A stretch of 64,000 bases of DNA, from assembly GCF_006345805.1 (NCBI RefSeq), contig NC_042997.1, positions 194,246,001 to 194,310,000 on the forward strand. Reading direction: 5' to 3'. Position numbers and translations under genes: made by a program. Source of the DNA: Octopus sinensis. Lineage: Eukaryota. The notes under the pieces are model-generated. The model was not told the DNA's origin and made no database searches. It saw nothing but the letters and a program-made list of their open reading frames with translations. Of the stretch, positions 54,591 to 64,000 are shown one piece after another; positions within the stretch are counted from its first letter, which is position 1, and every line of letters begins with the position of its first letter.

Positions 54591-55249
54591 GGATGACTCT
54601 CCCCAGACACAACAGAACATTAAAATAGTTTATCTGGTGTTATTGAGAAGAGATTGTCTGAAGTTGCAGATATTTCCCCCCTTTTTTTTTTTTTACTCTT
54701 ACTTTCACTGGTTTCAGTCAGAGGTTGCGGCCGTGCTGGAAAACTTCCAGGATCTCTCTACGGAATTGTTTCTGGTGAAGTAGTGATCAGGACAGAGCTG
54801 CTCTTCTTTGTGCTTCCGGCCGTGATGTAAGTTCATCTGGCTACTGAGATAAAAATTTGTCCAAATGTTCTTTGAAAACATCCACATCTACGCCTCGCAG
54901 ATCTCTTAAATCGTTTGGCGGAGTGTTGAAAACTTGAAATTAAGCAGTTACAATATTGGGAGTTTAGTCTCGGTGAATTATCAGTAATTAAGGTATTAAG
55001 TGTATGAAATAAATTTTAGGACCAAAGTCTGAGAAGAAACAGTAATAAGAGTCTGAGTACTTGAAGCATTTTGTTTAGTACGGGATCTTTGGTACTATGC
55101 AGTAGAGTCGGGTGCGGTGGTTGCTATAGCTTTCTGTCCCAAAGATGGAGCAGGTCTTTCCAGAATCTTCCAAATATGTGCGTGTGTGTGTGAAATGTAA
55201 CGTGTCTGGAATGGCGCAGCAATACAGAGTGGACTATAATAACTGTTAT

Positions 55250-55533
55250 CACCGACCAGTCCATCAGATGTAGTTACACATCGCTGGTCACAATGCGCTC
55301 GCATTGTTTTAGCCTTCGAACGACGCCACCCCGCTGGCTAAGCGAGCAGGCCAACAGCAGAAAGAGTGGGAGAAAGAGTACAGCAGGGATCACCACCATC
55401 CCCTGCCGGAGCCTCGTGGAACTTTTAGGTGTTTTCGCTCAATAACCACTCACAACGACCGGTCTGGGAATCGAAACCGCGATCCTACAACCGCGAGTCC
55501 GCTGCCCTAACCACTAGGCCGTTGCGCCTCCAC
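55250..55533 (-). mobile_element. SINE family C, tail type 2, with TSD
   Basis: 12 bp TSD AATAACTGTTAT at 55238-55249 and 55534-55545. Confidence 0.92.
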
Positions 55534-56002
55534 AATAACTGTTATAGATAATTTAATTATTCATTATATTAGACTATGGATAATTAAATTATTTGCTATT
55601 ATATCTCACAAACAATGCACAATGCTTCCAGCGAACTACAGCATATACTGTTGTCAATTATTAACGATTGTACGGTTTTCTTTTGCTTTCATTCATTGCG
55701 AATTCTTCTCTATGTTATCCTCGTATGCATTAAACGAGAGATCCGCCTGGCATTCAGTAATGACGCACACGAACCGTCTGTCCTTGAAAAAGCATGTCAG
55801 CAATGCATTCACACTCTCTCCTGCAGTTCTCTTATACTTATCTAAGATTAATTCCATCACTTGAACTCTTAATTCTGGTAATTAATTTGATTGATTTGTT
55901 TCTGTGAACTTTCGTAATTTGCTGGAAAAAAAGTCGTTTTTTAACTAAGACAAATGAGACTGTTAAAGAGAAGGTGGATATATGATTACTAAATAAAGAT
56001 TT

Positions 56003-56318
56003 GTGAAGGCGCATGGCTCAGTGGTTAGAGCGTCGAGCTTACGATCGTAAGGTTGTGAGCTCGAATCCCGGACCGGGCTGCGTGTTGTATTCTTGAGCAA
56101 GAACTCAGCTGTAGAAGTGAGTTGTGACGTCACAGGTGCCAAGCTGTATCGGCCCCTTTGCCTTTCCCTTGGATAACACTGGTGGCATGGAGAGGGGAGG
56201 CCGGTATACATGGGCGACTACTGGTCTTCCATAAACAACCTTGCCCGGACTTGTGCCTGAGAGGGTAACTTTCTAGGTGCAATCCCACGGTCAGTGTCGT
56301 GACCGAAGGGGGTCTCAG
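56003..56318 (+). mobile_element. SINE family D with TSD
   Basis: 12 bp TSD AAATAAAGATTT at 55991-56002 and 56319-56330. Confidence 0.92.
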
Positions 56319-56954
56319 AAATAAAGATTTATTTGTCTCTGCCTACAACGTCCGTTTTGTAATGACCAGTTTATATAACTTAAACACTACATAAATGAAA
56401 TATGAGTTTATTTAACTCAGTCCCGTATAATCAATTTTTATTTTTAGTTTTTCAGTTTAAATTTAAAACAATTTAAGAATGTATCTCCTGCAGTTTACAT
56501 CTTTAAAATGTTCCTCTAACCTCACTATTAGGAGACAGTTGGTCTCGCCGTTATATTCACTACCACGACAACTGCAATAGATGGAATACACATATTTCCC
56601 TTCCTATGGAGGGATTGTTGAGGAGAGTCGCTGTGGAGAGACAGAAAACTCAGACATGGCTAATTATTTGTAAAGGTCAAAGGACAGTCATCAACTATTG
56701 TGGAACAAAGTCGAGGTAGCAGACTGGAAGGCGACTAAAAGAATCGGTGAATACACTGGGCTTTGGTAACGTCTTTGGTAGACCCAGCAAAGAGGGAAAC
56801 ACCACACGGAAGCCATTAATCAAGAAGGGAAAAACTTGAAAACAACAAACATTAAAAAGTTAAATCTAAAACTCCTAATATCCATAATTTTAATGTACAG
56901 GGTGTCCACAAAGTCTGGGTACATGGAGTAAATAAAATGATAACATAAACAATT

Positions 56955-57188
56955 AACAATTGCAGCGTGGAAGGTGTTTGTAAGCCATTTAAGAAACACG
57001 CAAAAGCCGTTCGATTCACTTCAACATTTAAGTTTAATTTGTCAAATGCACGGATTTTTGTCAGTGAACAGGTCGCGGTCTTAAAGCGACGAAAATATTT
57101 TGACAAATTAAACTTAAATGTTGAAGTGAATCGAACGGCTTTTGTGTTTCTTAGATGGCTTACAAACACCTTCCACGCTGCAATTGTT
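56955..57188. repeat. long palindrome (~90 bp arms)
   Basis: AACAATTGCAGCGTGGAAGG...TTTGTCAAA pairs with TTTGACAAA...CCTTCCACGCTGCAATTGTT. Confidence 0.92.
57057..57107 (+). ncRNA. minimal hammerhead fold with G3-C8 compensatory core
   Basis: TTTGTCA-GTGAACA-G-GTCGC(GGTCTTAAA)GCGAC-GAAA-ATAT-TT-TGACAAA. Confidence 0.65.
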
Positions 57189-57769
57189 TTCGTTTCAGCA
57201 CGCGATTTCAGATCAAATCACTTGCTATGCAAGTACATCTCCGTAATAAACAATTAAATATAAGAAATAATAATTTTTCCTTTTTTACTTTTGTTTAAAT
57301 TAAATAAAAAAAATACTTTACTTTTCAAAATGCTGGTTGAAGAAAAGTTTCATCCACACAAGCTACAGATATTGCATCACTTAAATGAAGACGACCCTAA
57401 TAGACGAATGCAGATGCGCGAATGGTTTTCAGATAAATTGGATGAAAATATCAATTTTACTAAAATGTAGGCTTACTTAATTGAGTTCACCTGAATTTTG
57501 CAAGGCGCATCAAGTCATGCATTGAAAATGATGGAAATCATGTTTAAAATATTATTTAGTAACATTATAATTAAATAAAATTGTTTTGTTTTAAAAGTAT
57601 GTGTTAATCCCCATGTACCCAGACTTTGTGAACACCCTGTATTACGAAACAACAGAATTAGTGAAATATAGGTATTAAGTATTGAAAGTGTGATAGAGGA
57701 CGTGAGGGCGCAGTTGGCAACTTAATCATTTAACTAAACTGCTCCAATCAAACAACGCCAATGCATATG

Positions 57770-57995
57770 CTAGCTGGCAGAAACGTTAGCACGTCGGGCG
57801 AAATGCGCAGCCGTAATTTCGTCCGCCGCTGCGTTCTGAGTTCAAATTGCGCCGAGGTCGACTTTGCCTTTCATCCTTTCGGGGTCGATAAATTAAGTAC
57901 CAGTGACGCACTGGGTAGATATAATCGACTTAATCCGTTTGTCTGTCCTTGTTTGTCCTCTCTGTGTTTAGCCCCTTGTGGGTAGTAAAGAAATA
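57770..57995 (+). mobile_element. SINE family A
   Basis: A core and tail. Confidence 0.9.
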
Positions 57996-58004
57996 GAAAA
58001 AGAT

Positions 58005-58400
58005 ATGCTTTCTCTGTGAATCTACCTTCAGCTTCGATGACTGCTTGAATGCGAAACCGGAATTGTTGGCATACTCGCACTAAATTGTCATAATTCATTT
58101 CGAACATCACCTGAGCAACGGTGGCCTTCAGTGAAGCCGTGGCAGCCACAAGTTTGATGATACGTAATCTTAAGGATTGTCTGATATCTGTTCTTGGGTT
58201 TCGTGGGCTTTGTGAGGTGTTAAGTCTTGTTGAAACACATGACTTTTCATTGCGTATTTCATCCATCCAGTGCTTAAGAACAGTCCCTAGTTTAACATAT
58301 CCAGCAGCACTAGTCCTAAAACCCCATCTAAAAATGTGAGGTGGTATGATTTTACCTTTGTTAAAACCATTACAGTCGCTAGTAACTTAATGTGCCTCAC
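58005..58400 (-). pseudogene. Tc1/mariner-superfamily transposase fragment
   Basis: SLKATVAQVMFEMNYDNLVRVCQQFRFRIQAVIEAEGRF resembles Tc1/maT-type C-termini. Confidence 0.6.
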
Positions 58401-58499
58401 ACTGGGAACATCAGACAGATCGGCACATTTCTGTCATTTTTCTTGTTAGTCTTCTGGACTTCGTCGTATTTCTTCTCATCAGAGAAGGACCAATGTATG

Positions 58500-58890
58500 C
58501 CATGTTCGTAAGGGAGTTTATAGAAGAAATAATACCAGTAGACACCAATGACATCGCTGAGCTAGAGATAATAGAGTCTCATAGTAGGACTTTATCTATT
58601 GAAAACCTGCTGGAATTCGCACAGCAACGCATCTAGAATGAAACGGAAGACTTTGTTGCAGAACCAGCAACGCCATAAATAATTCTTACTAGATTCCTCG
58701 GAAAAAAGCATCACGATGAAGTCAGAAATCATGAACCAGTTTACTGAGAATGACTCTGATTTGGAGCGCAGCTGCCAGGCGAAGAGAAGTGTTCTTCTGC
58801 TGTGAATTGTACTCAAGAAAACGCAGACAACATCAGATGCTTACCTCGAAAATCACCCGATGAGTGAGGAAGACCCCCAACCTTAATCCT
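58500..58890 (+). pseudogene. possible pogo/Tigger C-terminal relic
   Basis: ENDSDLERSCQAKRSV resembles a Tigger-like C-terminal motif; heavily degraded. Confidence 0.3.
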
Positions 58891-59029
58891 CATCCCAGAT
58901 ATAGTCTGTTCTGGTTTATTTCTCACATCTGCTTTTCAACTGAATTAATGGTGATTAGGTTTGTGTTTTCATGATTAGTGAATTTTTAATCTGCCGGGCG
59001 GCTATTCAGAATATCAGTGAATATTTTGT

Positions 59030-59282
59030 TGTGTCTGGGGAGGGTCATTTTTTTTTGTGCCTTATAATGTAACACACTCACCGGTAAAAAGACTATTGAA
59101 AAAGTTGAAAGACGCAACGAAAATTTTAGGAAAATAAAAATAGGAAAAAAGTGGAAATTTTATCGGTGAGTGTGTTACATTATAAGGCACAAAAAGAAAA
59201 TGACTCTACCCAGGCACAACAGAATATGCTTCAACACACAAACTCACATAAAGAATCTTGCAAACCAAATCCAAAAACGACA
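59030..59282 (+). mobile_element. foldback repeat family F copy carrying a U3-A8 hammerhead fold (59093-59129)
   Basis: Reverse complement of 59914-60103; homologs at 30975-31087, 54592-54620 and 62608-62932. Confidence 0.8.
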
Positions 59283-59579
59283 ATGAATATTTCATTCACT
59301 TTTTCCTATATCGGAAACGACGAATACTCTTCAGAGTAATTGACTGCCTGTGAGCATGCGCCATTAAAGAGACCCAAAAAGGTTGAAATACATCTGGCAA
59401 TTTCGCTGATCACTGCAGGGATGAATTTTTGTATTCCTGATATCTATCGAGTTTTTAAGACATGTCATATCAGGACAAATACGGCAGTGACTAGTCTAAC
59501 AACAGTGTGTGTGCATTAAGTATGATACATAGAAGGCTGTCTTTATCTATTTTTCATAATTATCTATCAGTATACTCAT

Positions 59580-59888
59580 TATTCTTTATTTGTTTCAGTC
59601 ATTTGACTGCGGCTATGCTGGAGCACCGACTTTGGTCGAACAAATCGACCCCAGGACATATTTTTAGTAAGCCTAGTACTTATTCTATCTTTCACATTTG
59701 CCGAACCGCTAAGTTACGGGGACGCAAACACACCAACATCGGTTGTCATGCGATGGAGTGGGGACAAACAAAGACACGCAAACATATACATACGACAGGT
59801 TTCTTTCAGTTTCCGTCTACTAAATTCACTTACAAGGCTTTGGTCTGCCCGAGGCTATAGGAAAACACTTGCTCAATGTGCCACGCAG
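59580..59888 (-). mobile_element. SINE family B, truncated
   Basis: B tail and body. Confidence 0.88.
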
Positions 59889-60064
59889 AATTAACTTAAA
59901 CTTTTGTAACCTTTCGTTTTGGGATTTGATTTGCAAGATTCTTTATATGAGTTCGTGTGTTGAAGAATATTCTGTAGTGTCTGGGGAGAGTCATTTTCTT
60001 TTTGTGCCTTATTATTTAACACACTCACCGGTAAAATTTCCACTTTTTTCTTATTTTTATTCTC

Positions 60065-60101
60065 CTAAAATTTTCGTTGCGTCTTGCAACCTTTTCAATA
60101 G
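60065..60101 (-). ncRNA. minimal hammerhead fold with U3-A8 core (family F)
   Basis: Minus strand CTA-TTGAAAA-G-GTTGC(AAGAC)GCAAC-GAAA-AT-TT-TAG. Confidence 0.5.
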
Positions 60102-60752
60102 TTTTGACTCTGTCCGTTATTTACACTGCGTTCCCTTTTGTTTGTTTGGGCGCATGCGTGTGGGTCAGTGTGTGTATGTGTGCCTATACATGCATGCATG
60201 TACGTATGTATGTGTGTGTGTTTTTGCATGTGTATGTATATATATGTGTGTATGCGTATGTATATATGTATGTTTGTGAGTGCATCTGTATGTAAGTATC
60301 CTGTATATTTACGTAGTTGCCTGTCCGTGTTTGTGTATTTTCTATGTATGTGTGTGTGAGCATGTGATTGTATATATATCCACCTCTGTCTCCTTGTGTG
60401 TGCATGTCTGTGTGTGTGTGTTATGCAACTATGTACCATGTTTGTATGTATGGATGTGCATCTATCATAATACGTGACAGAAAACTCAAAGAACGCAGAC
60501 GACATTGTATGATATTATCTAAAATTAGCAAACGCCTGAAGGGTCACAGACTGTATTGTTCTATCACTTTCATCTATATTTGAATCAATATCAAGCTCGT
60601 CTAAAATGTTGGAATTGTTAGAGAGCTCTTCGAAGTGACATGTGTAATCTCTCCCAAATGTTTACGTTTCGAGTTCAAATTCCGTGGTGACATATTGCAG
60701 CTTTACACAAATGAAGCAGACGGATTTTTTTAATGTATTGCTTTATTTTGCC

Positions 60753-61146
60753 ATCTCTTTACTCTTTTACTTGTTTCAGTCATTTGACTACGGCCATGCT
60801 GGAGCACCGCCTTTTAGTCGAGCAAATCGACCCCAGGACTTATTCTTTGTAAGCCTAGCACTTATTCTATCGGTCTCTTTTGCCGAACCGCTAAGGAACG
60901 GAGACGTAAACACACCAGCATCGGTTGTCAAGCGATGTTGGGAGACAAACACAAACACACAAACATATACACACACATACATATATACGACGGGCTTCTT
61001 TTCAGTTTCCGTCTACCAAATCCACTCACAAGGCTTTGTCGGCCCGAGGCTATGCAGGAGACACTTGTCCAAGGTGCCACGCAGTGGCACTGAACCCGGA
61101 ACCATGTGGTTGGTGAGCAAGCTACTTACCACACAGTCACTCGCCT
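60753..61146 (-). mobile_element. SINE family B, full length
   Basis: B head, body and tail. Confidence 0.92.
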
Positions 61147-61471
61147 TTTTTTTTCCAGTATTAAGTCACTTAGCATTTTTAAGGTACCCTCAAATGAGAC
61201 ATAACTAATGAAATATTAAATCGAAACAGGTTACAGGTGGTTAGAGCTAATCACTTGACCTCTATTGGACAGCGTGGACAGGTGAGCCTGTACCCAGCAC
61301 AGAGACAAGCTATCAACAACAGCAGCCTGTGGCTTCTATCCAGTGAATCGACGACTGAAAAGACTTTGTGTGTGTGTGTGTGTGTGTGTGCGTGCGTACG
61401 CATTTTCTTGGTTTTGTACACAGCTCTGAATAGTAAACGGTCACGAGTTCTATTTTTTAAAATCCATGATT

Positions 61472-61884
61472 GGATCTTTTCGGTTTGAACAGCAGTTTTT
61501 TCTAGCGGTATCATATGAAATTGTCATCCATAATTATGACCCTAGAATCGATCTATTGCATTTCAATCTGTTTTAGGGTTAGGATTAGGGGTGGGGGGAA
61601 AGGTATCTTTTTTTTCTTCAGAAATGTAAATAAACCTGTTTCTTAAACGAGGGACATATTCATACGGTACAGAATGTTTTCACCTCAATAGACGTCATTG
61701 ATTGGTTGAAATTGCAGAAATTAAAGAAAAAAAACAACAAATATCTTACAAACTATAGAATTTTCTCAATAAAACCAAGAGAAAAAGATGTTTTATAAAC
61801 ACATTCTACCAGTATACGAAGTTTAAAAGTGTTTAGTTACGTGGAAATTATTTTTAAAAACTGCCGTTCAAACCGAAAAGATCC
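61472..61884. mobile_element. second copy of the Merlin-like TTAGGG-containing MITE
   Basis: Same TIRs and body as 3061-3504, fewer TTAGGG units, no clean TSD. Confidence 0.88.
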
Positions 61885-62607
61885 GTTATTTTTATTAAAT
61901 CCTTCCAAATTCCAGGTTATTTTCAAAATTGACTGAAATACAGAGGCAATATCTCAAGTACAGTTTGTATTAGAAAAGGAATTTTTTATCGAAGGGGGAT
62001 AATCTGCTCAAATCGATTATCCCCCTTGCTTTATCAACACTGAACACGCGTTAGTTCTTCCAGAGATCGAATTTCTAACCTAACCATTTCCTTTACTTAC
62101 CCATCTGATTTCTTCAGAAACTGCATAAAAGCCACTACATAATAAAACATTGCACTGTACAGCAAAATATTATCAATAATGTGTTTCTTTTATATCTGAA
62201 AAATGTAAATTATTTTCTGAGTAGCAGACTCGTTAGTGATGGACACAATGCTTTATGGAATGGATTTAGTTACGGTCCTCTATGAACTAAGTTCAAATCT
62301 CGGCGAGGGCCATTTTGTCTTTCGTCTTTTCGGAGGTCATTTAAAATATTTAAACATTTGTACATTACTGCATATACTTTATACGCACTTTTGACAAGTT
62401 GTGGTGCACCTGAGCACTGTATACAATAATTTCATTATTATTATTATTATTATTATTATAATGCCGTCAAGTACTGGGACGAGTCAATATTTCGATACAG
62501 CATAGGCCTGAAGCCATGTGGTTGGAAAGAAATTTCTTAACCATGATTAATAACAAAAGTCTGTTCATAGCGTATCGCCTCTCATTTATAGTGAGCCATA
62601 AATGTAC

Positions 62608-62932
62608 TTCGTTTTTGGATTAGGTTTGCAAGATTCTTTATATGAGTTCGTGTGTTGAAACATATTCTGTTGTGTCTGGGGAGAGTCATTTTCTTTTTGT
62701 GTCTTATTATTTAACACACTCGCTGGTAAAATTCCCACTTTTTTTCTTATTTTATATTGCCCTAAAATGTTTGTTGCGTCTTGCAACCTTTTCAATAGCT
62801 TTAAGTTAAAACTATTGAAAAGGTTGCAAAACGCAACGAAAATTTTAGGAAAATGAAAATAAGAAATAAGTGGAAATTTTACCGGTGAGTGTGTTAAATA
62901 ATAGGGCACAAAAAGAAAATGACTCTCCCCAG
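62608..62932. mobile_element. family F palindrome (~125 bp arms) with a U3-A8 hammerhead fold at 62812-62848
   Basis: 62675-62800 pairs with 62810-62932; CTA-TTGAAAA-G-GTTGC(AAAAC)GCAAC-GAAA-AT-TT-TAG. Confidence 0.85.
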
Positions 62933-62997
62933 AACCAACATAAATGTATTGCTATACTTAAAATATTGGGAAGTACTTGTTTAAGCACTGCAAATAT

Positions 62998-63381
62998 GGA
63001 AGCACTCCGTCGGTTACGACGATGAGGGTTCCGGTTGATCTGAATCAACGGAACAGCCTGCTCGTGAAATTAACGTGTAAGTGGCTGAGCACTCCACAGA
63101 CACGTGTACCCTTAACGTAGTTCTCGGGGATATTCAGCGTGACACAGAGAGTGACAAGGCCGGCCCTTTGAAATACAGGTACAACAGAAACAGGAAGTAA
63201 AAGTGAGAGAAAGTTGTGGTGAAAGAGTACAGCAGGGATCACCACCATCCCCTGCCGGAGCCTCGTGGAGCTTTAGGTGTTTTCGCTCAATAAACACTCA
63301 CAACGCCCGGTCTGAGAATCGAAACCGCGACCTACAACCGCGAGTCCGCTGCCCTAACCACTGGGCCATTGTGCCTCCACT
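62998..63381 (-). mobile_element. SINE family C, tail type 3, with TSD
   Basis: 11 bp TSD ACTGCAAATAT at 62987-62997 and 63382-63392. Confidence 0.92.
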
Positions 63382-64000
63382 ACTGCAAATATTCATGGAG
63401 GAAAGAAAACATAAAACAAATAAAAATGATAAACAAAATGTTGTTTAGGTAATTTATTTTATTTTAAAATGATAAAAAGAAACATTTCTAGAATGTTCTG
63501 CGAAATACAGCTGTACTGTTGCTCAACTCAATAAAAAGAAGACAGCTATTTGGTTGTTAAAATCCCACAAATTTATGCGTGATTGTGCCACATATTAACA
63601 GTCTATTTACAAAAGATAGTTATAAGTCAAAATAACAGGTTTCTTTAATTTTAAACACCCATTTAGAGCATTTTACTAGTGTGAGCACACACACACACAC
63701 ACACACACATATATGCATACACATGCCTGTATAAACACACATAACAAATGAATCCAGTTAACATGATTGGATGTTTGGAACAATATATATATACTTTCAA
63801 TGTTTGGAAAGAAATATTAAAATGTTACCCTCCGTTCTATTTTGTTTTCAGACCTTCTGGTACAACATGACGAAATTCTATCAGTAAATGCATTCTATTG
63901 AATTTTTGTCTTTTCCTCCAATTCAAACAAAAGAAAAATCCACATCTGTAAAAAGTCCCACTCAAGCAAGCATGAAAAATGGATAAAAGAAATCCAGTTA

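Larger units (their letters stand above)
56898..57639 (+). mobile_element. internally deleted Tc1/mariner-superfamily element
   Basis: TA|CAGGGTGTCCACAAAGTCTGGGTACATGG ... CCATGTACCCAGACTTTGTGAACACCCTG|TA; transposase remnants KFHPHKLQILHHLNEDDPNRRMQ and CIENDGNH. Confidence 0.88.

Overview
AT-rich, repeat-dense animal genomic DNA. The tRNA-derived SINE families and very high microsatellite load suggest an octopus (coleoid cephalopod) genome; this is inferred, not database-checked. Nearly all ORFs in the supplied track are microsatellite or SINE artefacts. The left three quarters of the window look like long introns of one + strand gene, with candidate small exons (7679-7786, 12400-12441) and a terminal exon (48504-48997) encoding poly-Q and a GPI-signal-like hydrophobic tail. 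The rest is four SINE families (many with target-site duplications), Tc1/mariner relics and MITEs, a Merlin-like MITE with TTAGGG repeats, Helitron ends, CR1/RTE LINE fragments and an (AAT)n-embedded repeat. The most striking signal is about ten type I hammerhead-ribozyme folds in short, often palindromic, Penelope-like terminal-repeat fragments. They include canonical copies plus G3-C8, U3-A8 and U6 core variants; the first two keep the catalytic 3-8 tertiary pair by covariation. Also noted: a possible HDV-like ribozyme at an RTE 5' end, candidate recursive splice sites, multimeric and modular SINEs, and a SINE/CR1 shared 3' tail. Folds were paired by eye and none has been tested; boundaries of old elements are approximate.
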